A DNA stretch of 64,000 nucleotides. Origin: a virus. Of this stretch, positions 30,756-40,526 are shown one piece after another. The stretch spans positions 24,776 to 88,775 of IMG/VR virus record IMGVR_UViG_3300042448_001704; one strand, given 5' to 3'. The stretch's first letter is position 1. Each line of letters opens with the position of its first letter. The notes beneath the pieces are model-generated. The model was not told the DNA's origin. It was given only the letters and a program-made list of their open reading frames with translations, and ran no database searches. Position numbers and translations under genes: made by a program.

Positions 30756-33700
30756 ATGAAGAAATTCGCAAGCTTAACAAGATTGCTTATATTTATTCCT
30801 GTTTTGTTTTTTGGGCTTAGTAGCCCTCCTGTTAAAGCCTCAACCATTACGGACACCTTTGACAACCTAGATGGTTGGACTATTAATAGTGGGAATCCAA
30901 TTGCTAACGGATCACTACGATTCACTTACTTCTACAGTTCAGTTACAAAAACAATTTCGGTTCCAGGGGCGGGAACCCTTACGGCGTCCATAGATGTAAA
31001 CAACTCCGAAACAAACTGCATAGGAAACTGCACTCCAGTTCCCGACACATACGCATTCCATCTAGGTGACGCACACATAGATTCCTCAACTGCCCATGCA
31101 ACAATCAGGCTAACCCAAAGCGTGACTACGACTAGTGCTGGTGATGTAGTGCTCTACCTTGGCGGTATTGACAACGGGTTCTGGGGTGGACATTACGGAC
31201 CTGTTATGGACAACCTGTCTTACGAGTTTGTCCCTGCAGCCCCGGTTGCGACTGGATATCCAGCAGATCAGAACTGGGAAGCCGTCACTTACGGGGATGG
31301 AAAATTTGTTGCTGTCGCCTCGTCTGGCGACGGTAATCGCGTTATGACATCAACAAATGGCAACTATTGGGTTTCAAGAACTTCTGCTTCTAATAGCAAC
31401 TGGCAAGGAATTACATACGCCGATAGTCAATTCGTTGCCGTCGGATCAAATGCGGTAATGACATCTCCTGACGGAATTACATGGACATCAAGAACTGCAC
31501 CAACAGGAGAATGGCAAGCAATCACAAACTGCGGTGGTCTTTTTGTTGCTACTGCAACATGGGGAAACAACTATATTATGTCCTCGCCCGACGGAATTGA
31601 TTGGACGGTTCGCTCCCCATCCACCGCATGGTCACACGATGCAGTCGCTTGTAGCGCAACAGTTCCACGGTTTGTTTCTGTATCAATGTTTGGTAGGGGC
31701 TGGTCTTCTCCTAATGGAATTACTGGTTGGTCCACACAAAACCCTGGTGCAATAGTTGACATCCGAACAGTTGCGTTTGGCAACGGACGTTTCTCATGGC
31801 TTGAATACAGCACAAATTCAGGAAATAGATATGGTGCTTACTCTACTAACGGAGTTAACTGGACCAACACCGCAAGTGCTCCAGCCAACCAGTGGAAATA
31901 CATAACATATGGTGGAAACAAGTTTATTGCCGTAGCAGAAGGTGGAGTTAATACACGCTCTGCTTATTCAACAGACGGTGCAAACTGGACGCTTGGTTCT
32001 GGGGTTCCAAACAACTCATGGCAAGGTGTTGCTTATGGTGCAGGAAAGTATGTTGCTGTAGCAAACTCTGGCACAGGAAACAGAGTAATGACGTCCTCTG
32101 ATGGGCAATCATGGGAAAGTCTTTCTGTTGCTTATTTCAACGCTGTGCAGAACTTAACTGCGGTAGCGAACGAAGACGGAAGCGTAACTCTTAATTGGGA
32201 CGCACCAGAAGCAAGCAACACTGAAATATATGGATACTCAGTAAATTTTGTTGACTATGACGATGGTGTTGAACGTGGTGGTTGGGGTGTTTGGACAACT
32301 GCTGCGAACACTAGTTATTTGCTTAGTCACGATATGTTTGATGGAGGCAACTCAGTAACAACTGGATATGGATCTGTTCGTTTTAAGGTCTACGCAATGA
32401 ATGGGCCATGTGCTGGAGTCGGTAGCGGTTCTTGTTTATATGGTCCTAGTACGAGCGCGGATGCGATTGTTTTGGAACCAACTGTACCTACTACGACTAC
32501 TAGTACTACCAGTACGACAAGTACATCATTACCGCCCACAACGACCACAAGCACAATAGTAATTTCACCTATTAATAATACAACAACTACTACCGAGCCA
32601 GTGGTTGTTCTTCCTCCAACAGACAACACCACTGTCTCAATTCCTGAGTTAGACCTAACTCCAGTTTTAACTCCAGAACCAGAAACAACAGTTACAACAA
32701 TTTCGCCAACTACTACAACTCTTATTGAAACAATATTTGACACACCAGTGGAGGTAACCCCAGTTGAGACACCCGCGAGCGAAGGTAACACCGAAGGCGA
32801 TGGACCCATCACCTCGATACCACAATATGCCCCAGAACAAGAGACAACAACACAAACGGACGAACCGCCGGTAGTTGTGCCAGAAGCCGTACAAGACGCA
32901 GCAGATGCTGCTGTTGAAGACATTTTTGACGGCCCTATGTCTAATGCAGGACTTGCAAATGCCGTTGACGATTTGGTTGCAGACGCCGAGACCCCAGAAC
33001 AACTGACAGCAGTTGTTAATTCTCTTCTTGACCAAGAACTCTCAGACACACAGTTTGCGACCGTTATTGATTCAGTTTTCTCCGAGCCTTTAACAGACGA
33101 GAACTTTGCCGCTGCCGTGGACGCAGTATTTGAAGATCCAACTCAACTTTCAGATGCGCAATTTGAAGACGCAGTTGTAGCAGTTTTTGATGGCCCATTG
33201 TCTAACGCTCAATTTGAAGACGCGGTAGAAGCGGTCTTTGAAAACACAACATCTCTTAGTGATGAACAGTTTGACGCTGCTGTACAGGCGGTCTTTGATG
33301 AGCCACTAACTACAGAACAATTTACTGAAGCCCTAAGCGCCGTCTTTGATGAGCCAATCACTGACGAGAAGTTTGATGCAATCATTGATGCGGTTTTGGA
33401 TGAACCACTTACTGAAGAGCAGTTTGAGGAACTGGTTAATGTCTTGGAATCAGATACAGTTACCGAAGAACAGGTTTCGGCCGCAGTTGATTCGGTTATT
33501 GAAAACGGCGTTACGGAAGACCAAGCCGTAGATCTTGCTACTAGCGCAAAAGTTTTGGAAAGCGTTGACGGCGAACAAGCAACAGAAATCTTTGCTACGG
33601 TTGACATCAGTGCAGTAACCGAAGAAGAAGCGGCACAACTTGTTGAGGCAGTTCAGAGCGCACCGACTGAAGTTAGAGAAGCAATGGAATCTGAAATCAA

Positions 33701-33830
33701 TGTATTCCAAGGGGCGATTGACACATATGTCCCTATTGGTAGTTCTATTCCCATCTCCACGAGAAGAGTTCTTATAGCAATGGCTGCATGTGCAATGGTT
33801 GCCCCTGTATCAATTAGGCGCGTCCTGTAA
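30756..33830 (+). CDS. Large exported/surface protein: beta-propeller repeats, FN3, Thr/Pro linker, acidic repeats
   Basis: Signal-peptide-like N-terminus; W..V.YG.GKFVAV repeats; 17-aa acidic repeats; C-terminal YVPIGS...RRVLIA hydrophobic tail. Confidence 0.75.
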   Translation: MKKFASLTRLLIFIPVLFFGLSSPPVKASTITDTFDNLDGWTINSGNPIANGSLRFTYFYSSVTKTISVPGAGTLTASIDVNNSETNCIGNCTPVPDTYAFHLGDAHIDSSTAHATIRLTQSVTTTSAGDVVLYLGGIDNGFWGGHYGPVMDNLSYEFVPAAPVATGYPADQNWEAVTYGDGKFVAVASSGDGNRVMTSTNGNYWVSRTSASNSNWQGITYADSQFVAVGSNAVMTSPDGITWTSRTAPTGEWQAITNCGGLFVATATWGNNYIMSSPDGIDWTVRSPSTAWSHDAVACSATVPRFVSVSMFGRGWSSPNGITGWSTQNPGAIVDIRTVAFGNGRFSWLEYSTNSGNRYGAYSTNGVNWTNTASAPANQWKYITYGGNKFIAVAEGGVNTRSAYSTDGANWTLGSGVPNNSWQGVAYGAGKYVAVANSGTGNRVMTSSDGQSWESLSVAYFNAVQNLTAVANEDGSVTLNWDAPEASNTEIYGYSVNFVDYDDGVERGGWGVWTTAANTSYLLSHDMFDGGNSVTTGYGSVRFKVYAMNGPCAGVGSGSCLYGPSTSADAIVLEPTVPTTTTSTTSTTSTSLPPTTTTSTIVISPINNTTTTTEPVVVLPPTDNTTVSIPELDLTPVLTPEPETTVTTISPTTTTLIETIFDTPVEVTPVETPASEGNTEGDGPITSIPQYAPEQETTTQTDEPPVVVPEAVQDAADAAVEDIFDGPMSNAGLANAVDDLVADAETPEQLTAVVNSLLDQELSDTQFATVIDSVFSEPLTDENFAAAVDAVFEDPTQLSDAQFEDAVVAVFDGPLSNAQFEDAVEAVFENTTSLSDEQFDAAVQAVFDEPLTTEQFTEALSAVFDEPITDEKFDAIIDAVLDEPLTEEQFEELVNVLESDTVTEEQVSAAVDSVIENGVTEDQAVDLATSAKVLESVDGEQATEIFATVDISAVTEEEAAQLVEAVQSAPTEVREAMESEINVFQGAIDTYVPIGSSIPISTRRVLIAMAACAMVAPVSIRRVL

Positions 33831-33877
33831 TTAAAATGATACAATATGTATTGTCCCTATGCATTTAACGAGGTTGC

Positions 33878-34048
33878 ATGTTTAGTCATTTAAGAGATGA
33901 ACTGGTAGCTACGATTTGGACCCTTGCTGGCACGGCATTGGTTCTAATTACCCTGAGTGGGGACACTCAAAAAAAGGGATTACTTATCTCTGGTGGTGCC
34001 TTCGTACTTCATGTGTTCGGTTTGATGTTCACAAAAAGCGAAGAATAA
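33878..34048 (+). CDS. 56 aa two-TM protein (not in ORF track)
   Basis: MFSHLRDELVATIWTLAGTALVLITLSG...; GAGG RBS. Confidence 0.65.
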   Translation: MFSHLRDELVATIWTLAGTALVLITLSGDTQKKGLLISGGAFVLHVFGLMFTKSEE

Positions 34049-34072
34049 AAACACTTTAATTAGTAACGGACG

Positions 34073-34330
34073 ATGAAAAATATGGCAATGATCAAAAACA
34101 TTTTACTTAGAATTATCGCAGTCTTTGCTGCGTCAGGTCTTGGCGTCATAGGAGCCGGAGCAATAGCGGGAATACCTCTCTGGAAAGCATGCTTCATGGC
34201 GGGCATGGCGGGCGTTGCCACGGTCGTAGAAGGGCTTTCACGGGCGTTCCTTGATGACGGCAAGATAGACGCTTCAGAAATAAACGACGTATTTGCCAAG
34301 GTTGACAAAAAGAAAGCTGCTGCGCAATAG
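34073..34330 (+). CDS. Holin-like membrane protein
   Basis: Two TM helices, DDGKIDASEIN tail, directly upstream of putative endolysin. Confidence 0.6.
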   Translation: MKNMAMIKNILLRIIAVFAASGLGVIGAGAIAGIPLWKACFMAGMAGVATVVEGLSRAFLDDGKIDASEINDVFAKVDKKKAAAQ

Positions 34331-34373
34331 GTTCTACTGTATAATATAGTTATCCAATTAGGAGGACTTTATC

Positions 34374-34901
34374 GTGGCACGTAAGTACAGCTATTATCCC
34401 GCATTTGACGGTAAGGGCGCACAGCCTGGCACGGAAAAATTAAACGCACTTTGTGCGGCACGTTGGAAAACCCGCAATCTGGGGATTTATTCCGCACGTT
34501 TGATGAGAAATTCTCACACAGAGGGTAAGAAAATTGGCGATCCAGGCATGGAAAAGTGGCTATCGGTTCACGCAACTGGGGCTGCCATAGACATCGGATA
34601 TACGGATCGCAAGGTTGGCGTAGCAATGTGGGATTGGTTCTTGGCCAACACCGCAGCTCTCGGTATTGAAGAAATTCACGACTATGCCTTTGATGCAAAT
34701 GCAAAAGACAAGAACAAAGGCTTCGGAAGAGGCTTCCGCTGCAGCCGCGGCGAAGGGGCTAAGGGCGTAAAAATTTTCACCGCCGATGACAATGCCGGAA
34801 GTTTCGGCGGCCTTTGGTTGCACGTAGAGCTTTCTCCAGAAATGGCAAAAGACGCAGCTAAATTTGAAGCCGCCTGGCGCGCTCTTCCAAAACCTGCATA
34901 A
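34374..34901 (+). CDS. Putative endolysin, M15-like Zn peptidase
   Basis: R...SVHATGAAID...WLHVE zinc-ligand pattern; AGGAGG RBS. Confidence 0.7.
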   Translation: MARKYSYYPAFDGKGAQPGTEKLNALCAARWKTRNLGIYSARLMRNSHTEGKKIGDPGMEKWLSVHATGAAIDIGYTDRKVGVAMWDWFLANTAALGIEEIHDYAFDANAKDKNKGFGRGFRCSRGEGAKGVKIFTADDNAGSFGGLWLHVELSPEMAKDAAKFEAAWRALPKPA

Positions 34902-34996
34902 ATAAAACATTTATCTTGTTGTCTGGGTACCGCCCAAAAAATAAGATTTATCGGAATTAGCCTAATAAACAACGCCTAAAGTGCTACTTTACTTGT

Positions 34997-35335
34997 ATGG
35001 CTGCTCAAACCGATGAACTCATATGGCATAAAGATGGCCACAAAATTGAGTTATTGATCCAAAAATCAAGTCTTCTTATCGTTAATGTGTACTGCCCTTT
35101 TCAAGGTGCCGAAGATGCTCCATGTAGTCACTGGGAAACTCCATGTGTAGTTAAGTGGTTTATTGACCTATACGCACTTGAATGCAACGTTGGGGTGTGT
35201 GTACCTCAAAAAGAACTAGAAATTGCTTGGTCTTTCGCCGGTTCCAAGGAGAAAGATATTGCTCAATGTCAGGTCTGGTTCATTCCTACCGAAGACGAGG
35301 CTTTTGCCGCTTGGCTAGTCACTCAGATTGAGTAA
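34997..35335 (+). CDS. Hypothetical protein
   Basis: 112 aa ORF with TGCTACTTT -10 upstream. Confidence 0.6.
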   Translation: MAAQTDELIWHKDGHKIELLIQKSSLLIVNVYCPFQGAEDAPCSHWETPCVVKWFIDLYALECNVGVCVPQKELEIAWSFAGSKEKDIAQCQVWFIPTEDEAFAAWLVTQIE

Positions 35336-35768
35336 TTATCTTGCTGATAAAGGAAATTAAGCGCCGTATATCGCTGTGGTTTTCGGCGTTTTCAAAGACT
35401 ATTGAGTATTCAAACCGACCGTTTACTTTTGTTCTTGCTATGAGGTCTTCTGACTGAAGCTTTGTAATTGCTTTAGTGATGTTTGTTTCGGTAACTCCAA
35501 GAAATACAGACATTTCCCTCACTGTTAATCCTGGTCTTTCAATCAATAAAATCAACACTCTTCCGTAGGGGGTCAGTAGTGACACTATGTTTTGAGGCAT
35601 GTATGAAATTATGTTCTGTTCGTCAAGAGATGTAAGAATATTCTCAACAAGCAGTTTCACATCTGCCGTATCGCCAATAACCGACCTCACCGTATTCTCA
35701 AGAGGTGTTCTTAAAACATGATCGCGCTTTGACTGATGACGAGATTGTTTTGGTTTGGGTCTAGACAC
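35319..35768 (-). CDS. Winged-helix (MarR-like) DNA-binding protein
   Basis: LTVREMSVFLGVTETNITKAITKLQSEDLIARTK pattern. Confidence 0.7.
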   Translation of the reverse strand: MSRPKPKQSRHQSKRDHVLRTPLENTVRSVIGDTADVKLLVENILTSLDEQNIISYMPQNIVSLLTPYGRVLILLIERPGLTVREMSVFLGVTETNITKAITKLQSEDLIARTKVNGRFEYSIVFENAENHSDIRRLISFISKIITQSE

Positions 35769-35833
35769 GAGACTTACTGTACTCTATAGTAAGTCAAGTT
35801 AGCAAACAAACTGCACTACAAAAATGGAGTCAC

Positions 35834-36073
35834 ATGTCAGAACTGTCCGAAAGACTAAAAACAATTTCGTCTGGTTCAAAAACCCCCTGTCCTTTGGGGA
35901 AGATACTTTTAGATCTTGATAAAGAAACATCAGAAGCGCTTCAACTTGCTTTGGAAAGTAGAGTAGCAACAAGAATAATTCATCTTGAACTATCTGGTGC
36001 TGGCATGAAAATTGGAAGAGACACAATAACTCAACACCGCAATGGTTGGTGCAGATGCGGAAAGGGTCAGTAA
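35834..36073 (+). CDS. Hypothetical protein (Cys/His-containing)
   Basis: CP...HRNGWCRC; GGAG RBS; precedes phosphoesterase. Confidence 0.65.
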   Translation: MSELSERLKTISSGSKTPCPLGKILLDLDKETSEALQLALESRVATRIIHLELSGAGMKIGRDTITQHRNGWCRCGKGQ

Positions 36074-37269
36074 TGACTACAAACAAAAAAACACCCGGAC
36101 TATCAAATCGTCTCACAGAAGCCGCTGGAAGTATCAACAAAAAAGAAGCTAACGCTAAACTTCTTGGTTCAATTGCAGAAATGCTAGAACGTAAAAATAT
36201 TGATATCACCGAAATCGGAGATATTAAACGCGTTTCTCTTTATCAATCAATGATTAAAGATGACCAAGGCGAAGCGCAAATTCACGACCTTGCCGCAATT
36301 CAATTTTCACCAAAATGGGAGTCTGGTCCAGAGTGGCCCGTTGTACAGCAAGGGAAACCAGTACAACTACAAAAGACAACGACAAAACCCAAAACAGCAA
36401 CAGACTTCAAAACGTGCATTGTGGTACCCGATATACAGTTCGGTTTCTTTAGAAACAAGAACGGTGAACTGGAACCAACACACGACGATGCGGCAATTGC
36501 AATTTTGTTAGCAATGATTAAAGACGTAAAGCCGGATTTGATTGCCTGTGTTGGTGACAACCTTGACCTTCCAGAAATGGGCAAGTACATCAACTATCCG
36601 TCGTATGCACAAACAACACAAGCGTCAATTGACCGAGCAACAATGTTCTGTGCTCAAATGCGAGACGCTGCACCACACGCACGGATTGTTTGGCTTGCTG
36701 GAAACCACGAAGAAAGAATGCCGAAGTATCTAGTTCAAAACGCTGGAGCGGCATATGGATTGAGAAAAGGAATGACACCAGAGTCATGGCCTGTTCTTTC
36801 AGTTCCATATCTTTGCCGTATGGAAGATTACGGTGTTGAGTACAAGCCTGGATATCCAGCAGCTGACCTTTGGATTAATAAGAAGTTAAAAATTATTCAT
36901 GGTGACAGAGTTAAGTCCAACGGTTCTACTGCACATGTATATTTGAATGCAGAGAAAGTATCGGTTATTTATGGGCACATCCACCGCATTGAAACGGCGT
37001 TTAAAACACGCGAAGACTACGATGGTGCTAGGACAATCATGGCTGCATCTCCTGGGTGTCTTGCTCGTATTGATGGTGCTATTCCTTCTACCCGAGGTGG
37101 GGTAGACCTAGACGGTCGTCCTTTGACACGTTTTGAAAACTGGCAACAAGGCATTGGTGTAATTACCTATGAAGAAACCGGCGATCACAAGTTCTCTTAC
37201 GAAGTTGCAACTATCTATAACGGATGGTGCATGTATCGTGGCAAAGAATACATCGCTGAAAGAAGCTAA
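36073..37269 (+). CDS. Calcineurin-like metallophosphoesterase
   Basis: PDIQ, GDNLD, GNHE, HG, GHIH motifs. Confidence 0.85.
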   Translation: MTTNKKTPGLSNRLTEAAGSINKKEANAKLLGSIAEMLERKNIDITEIGDIKRVSLYQSMIKDDQGEAQIHDLAAIQFSPKWESGPEWPVVQQGKPVQLQKTTTKPKTATDFKTCIVVPDIQFGFFRNKNGELEPTHDDAAIAILLAMIKDVKPDLIACVGDNLDLPEMGKYINYPSYAQTTQASIDRATMFCAQMRDAAPHARIVWLAGNHEERMPKYLVQNAGAAYGLRKGMTPESWPVLSVPYLCRMEDYGVEYKPGYPAADLWINKKLKIIHGDRVKSNGSTAHVYLNAEKVSVIYGHIHRIETAFKTREDYDGARTIMAASPGCLARIDGAIPSTRGGVDLDGRPLTRFENWQQGIGVITYEETGDHKFSYEVATIYNGWCMYRGKEYIAERS

Positions 37270-37275
37270 ATATCC

Positions 37276-37533
37276 TTGAGGCGCAAATCAAAACAGAAAA
37301 CAGATGTTGATCTGCTGGATGAAATAAAGTATTTGACTTCCGAGTTGAGAATAATGTCTTCAATGTGTCTTGAGGAAACAGCCCTTGCTGACCTCATGCA
37401 TCAAACCATTGTCAATATTTTAAACAAACTGCCTGTTGATTGGCGTATGGAAATACTTCCTGAAATTAAACACGCTGTTCTTTATTACGAAAACCGTAGA
37501 GATGGAGAAGAAGACGACCCAGATGATTGGTAG
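37276..37533 (+). CDS. Hypothetical protein
   Basis: 85 aa ORF continuing the operon. Confidence 0.5.
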   Translation: MRRKSKQKTDVDLLDEIKYLTSELRIMSSMCLEETALADLMHQTIVNILNKLPVDWRMEILPEIKHAVLYYENRRDGEEDDPDDW

Positions 37534-37547
37534 TCAATACTGACTAT

Positions 37548-37718
37548 CTATTTTTTGGTTTTCTTGTCAGTGGCTTTAGATTCAAAAAAATCATCAAGCG
37601 CTTGTCTTATAATGGAACCGCGTGAGAGTTTAAGTTGATCTGCGATTGAATCAAGTTTTTCTGCCCGTTCCCGGGAAATGTGAATTACTAGTTTCTCAAA
37701 ATCTTTATTTTCAGACAT
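37548..37718 (-). CDS. Ribbon-helix-helix (CopG-like) regulator
   Basis: LVIHISRERAEKLDSIADQLKLSRGSIIRQALDDFF; GAGG RBS. Confidence 0.75.
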   Translation of the reverse strand: MSENKDFEKLVIHISRERAEKLDSIADQLKLSRGSIIRQALDDFFESKATDKKTKK

Positions 37719-37736
37719 TTTGCCTCTTTGTTGTAG

Positions 37737-37812
37737 TGGTGCCTTCGGTTGGACTTGAACCAACGACCTGCGGATTAGAAGTCCGTTGCTCTATCCGCTG
37801 AGCTACGAAGGC
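37737..37812 (-). tRNA. tRNA-Arg(TCT) with encoded CCA
   Basis: Minus strand GCCTTCG-TAGCTCAGCGGATAGAGC-...CT TCT AA...GGTTCAAGTCC...CGAAGGC-ACCA, 76 nt cloverleaf. Confidence 0.95.
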
Positions 37813-37858
37813 TTAATTGTTTTATGTTATCAGGCGTAAAAATGCTACGCTTCTGTTT

Positions 37859-38518
37859 ATGCAAGAAACAAATAGAGAAATTATTGACAAACAACTAAAC
37901 GACTCCCTCAATGCTCCGAGAAGTAAATATAAACTTTCCGAGACAATAGAAACGATGACTTCTAGTTTGCGCAAAATAATCAGCAATATATATTTTGTTG
38001 ATCCGTTGTACGAAAATGAAGAACTACTAGAAACAGCAAAACGTTTAGAGCATTTAGTTGAAAAAGCGAAAATAGATGAACTTTTTCCTCCCTGGCTTAA
38101 TATCTCTTACAAAAATCCATTGTCTGGATTAATGAACCCAATAGCTCCTCCATTGGTTTACCCAAAAGTTGGTCAAACAGACTTTCATGTTTCGTTCAAC
38201 AAGGCACACCAAGGAATGAACAATGTTGTTCACGGTGGTGTTCTTGCTTCCGTTCTTGATGAAGCAATACAGAAAACAAGTCAGCAGATAGGAAAATTTT
38301 GTGCGACTTCCGAGATAACTACAGTTTTTAAAAAACCCACACCAACAAATGTTGAGCTAATTATAAGAAGTAAAATAGTTGACATTCAAGAAAACAGAAT
38401 ACTCATAACGGCCGAACTGTTATGCAATGAAGTAATTACAGCAGTAGCAACTGCCACTATGGTGCCGATTGATATAGAAAAAATTAAAAAATCGGTTTCC
38501 GATACTCTAAAATCTTAA
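37859..38518 (+). CDS. PaaI-family hotdog thioesterase
   Basis: NPIAPP, HQG...VHGGVLASVLDE, FKKPTP. Confidence 0.85.
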   Translation: MQETNREIIDKQLNDSLNAPRSKYKLSETIETMTSSLRKIISNIYFVDPLYENEELLETAKRLEHLVEKAKIDELFPPWLNISYKNPLSGLMNPIAPPLVYPKVGQTDFHVSFNKAHQGMNNVVHGGVLASVLDEAIQKTSQQIGKFCATSEITTVFKKPTPTNVELIIRSKIVDIQENRILITAELLCNEVITAVATATMVPIDIEKIKKSVSDTLKS

Positions 38519-38582
38519 CCAACCAGAGCGATGGCTGCAATTAGAACGACTGCTGACCATGCAATAAACTTAACTACGAATT

Positions 38583-38774
38583 TCATTTTGATCCTTGTTT
38601 TTGTGATTGGTAATAGGGGTTATTCTTATCATGCACCAGGGTCGCATACCCTGCCTGAAGGTAATCGCCCCAATTGTCGTTCATATATTTGAACCATGCT
38701 TTACGATCAGATTCTGACATGTCTTTCCAGACTGCAAAGTTGGCTCCTATTTCAGGTTCGCTACCGATTGCCAT
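38583..38774 (-). CDS. Hypothetical protein
   Basis: 63 aa ORF in minus-strand operon. Confidence 0.55.
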   Translation of the reverse strand: MAIGSEPEIGANFAVWKDMSESDRKAWFKYMNDNWGDYLQAGYATLVHDKNNPYYQSQKQGSK

Positions 38775-38783
38775 TACAAAACC

Positions 38784-39407
38784 TTACGAAAATACTGTTG
38801 GGATAGTTGAGAGAACAACAGCACCGAACAGCCATATGAGTACCGAAAAGGTTGATAGATAAGCAACAAGGTTTTTCATCTTCATGACGGTTGTGATACC
38901 TAGAAGAAACAAAGAAACAGCGAATAGTCCTGTGAGCATCTGAAGTTGATTGCTGTATTTTCCCTCAGTATCAGACAAATTTGTCCAATACTCGCTGCTT
39001 TTGTGTGTTTCAGTGTACGGGTTATACAGTTCGTCCATATAAGTCTTGCAGCCTGGTAGAAACCCTTTTGGATTTTCATAAAAACACGGCATAGCAAACA
39101 CATACAACTCGTAAGACCCATTGGCTGTCTTTATGTCGGAGTAAATGTCATCCATACTAACACCGTCCACCAACACACGAACTTGTTTGTCTTTCCATAC
39201 AGACAGGTCGTCTCGGTATTTTACTTCAGCTGTAATCCACATATTGTTCGCTTCAGACAGGATTAGTTGATACTCAGAACCGGCATCTGACGATCTACCC
39301 CCATGAAGAGATGATTGAATTGCTGTCCAAGCGGTAGTGGTGGAAACCAAACCGAGCATTACGACAATAAACAGGTCGCCAGATAATTTTTTAATTATTT
39401 TGTTCAT
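38784..39407 (-). CDS. Membrane protein (N-terminal TM, two C-terminal TMs)
   Basis: Hydropathy pattern; TAWTAIQSS. Confidence 0.65.
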   Translation of the reverse strand: MNKIIKKLSGDLFIVVMLGLVSTTTAWTAIQSSLHGGRSSDAGSEYQLILSEANNMWITAEVKYRDDLSVWKDKQVRVLVDGVSMDDIYSDIKTANGSYELYVFAMPCFYENPKGFLPGCKTYMDELYNPYTETHKSSEYWTNLSDTEGKYSNQLQMLTGLFAVSLFLLGITTVMKMKNLVAYLSTFSVLIWLFGAVVLSTIPTVFS

Positions 39408-39640
39408 TTGTTGCTTTCTTTTTTCCACTTAAACATGTTTCTTAGATGAACACCCTGCCAAAGGAACCACATAGCCATGAATCCTGGCTTGTTAAAGATA
39501 ATTGCGTAGGCAAGCCACGGGTACGAGTGAAGGGCGACTATCAGATGCCCATACCACTTACTGTTACCCACTATGAAGCTTCCAGCGACCCCTACGAGCT
39601 CCATTCCGAACAAGAGCCATGTCCAAGCCTGCTCAGTCAT
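39404..39640 (-). CDS. Small multi-TM protein (PnuC-like)
   Basis: Three TM helices; WLAYAI...GF. Confidence 0.55.
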   Translation of the reverse strand: MTEQAWTWLLFGMELVGVAGSFIVGNSKWYGHLIVALHSYPWLAYAIIFNKPGFMAMWFLWQGVHLRNMFKWKKESNK

Positions 39641-39809
39641 GAGTCAGTCTTAGGGTCTCTGTGAGTGTAGCCATAAGGCGTGTTGAGTCTTTGGATTCAG
39701 CAATCTGGGCTGCAAGGGTTTCTGCTTTCGCACGCCACTCATTACGGTCTTGTTCTAATTCGCCGGCTCTGTCAATCCACCATTTAATAGTTGTTCTATC
39801 CATTTTCAT
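39633..39809 (-). CDS. Hypothetical coiled-coil protein
   Basis: Overlapping operon gene. Confidence 0.5.
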   Translation of the reverse strand: MKMDRTTIKWWIDRAGELEQDRNEWRAKAETLAAQIAESKDSTRLMATLTETLRLTHD

Positions 39810-40020
39810 TATCTTCCATACTAGTGTAAAAACCGCTTCCCCATATTTCAATCGGGTGTATCCCCAACTTTACACACCAGGCATCAGCCCTATACAAATC
39901 AATGGTTCCTACGCGCTTCCAATGCCTGACAACATCACGAGATACAAGTTCCTTATACGAAGTGTCCTCTTGTATGTACCTAATAAGGGGAGCAACATCT
40001 AAACGGATGCTCTTTACCAT
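39796..40020 (-). CDS. Hypothetical, possibly HTH-like protein
   Basis: ADAWCVKLGIHPIEIWG motif. Confidence 0.6.
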   Translation of the reverse strand: MVKSIRLDVAPLIRYIQEDTSYKELVSRDVVRHWKRVGTIDLYRADAWCVKLGIHPIEIWGSGFYTSMEDNENG

Positions 40021-40154
40021 TGTATCGCCTGCAAAATAAAGGAAAAAACATCATGTATATCACGCATAGATAACAAGCATACCAACCGTCAGTCCTATAG
40101 ACAGGATTTGCGGTCAGTGATATCATTTGTTTTCATACGCACAGGAGACAAAAA

Positions 40155-40526
40155 ATGACACGACACCTATATTCGCCATACATGAGCCAAATGCTAGACA
40201 GGTTCCACAAGGATTACGACAAAAGAATAGATTGCGACCCGGGCTGGTACGACCTCATAGAAAAAATTGACGTAGAACTACGGGTTATTGATCCCGAATA
40301 CACGATTTACCAGATAAAAGAGAAGTTTGGCGCTCTCCGTTTCTACTTTGACACAGAAGAACCACCAGAAACACGCACTTACATGCAAGAAATAGTGTCG
40401 GCATATGAACTGATATCTAAGCGTGTCTGCGAGATAACAGGAACAGAGGGGATTCTCATGAAAAAGGGATCACAAATGAAAACTCTCAACCCGTTATACG
40501 CCCCAGAAGGCTTCATTGAGTGTTAA
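40155..40526 (+). CDS. Conserved phage hypothetical protein
   Basis: GWYDLI...QIKEKFGALRFY; AGGAG RBS. Confidence 0.75.
   Translation: MTRHLYSPYMSQMLDRFHKDYDKRIDCDPGWYDLIEKIDVELRVIDPEYTIYQIKEKFGALRFYFDTEEPPETRTYMQEIVSAYELISKRVCEITGTEGILMKKGSQMKTLNPLYAPEGFIEC

Noticed and set aside
37737-37812. tRNA as prophage attachment site
   Set aside because: Phage-type genes on both sides, no integrase and no duplicated tRNA 3' end seen
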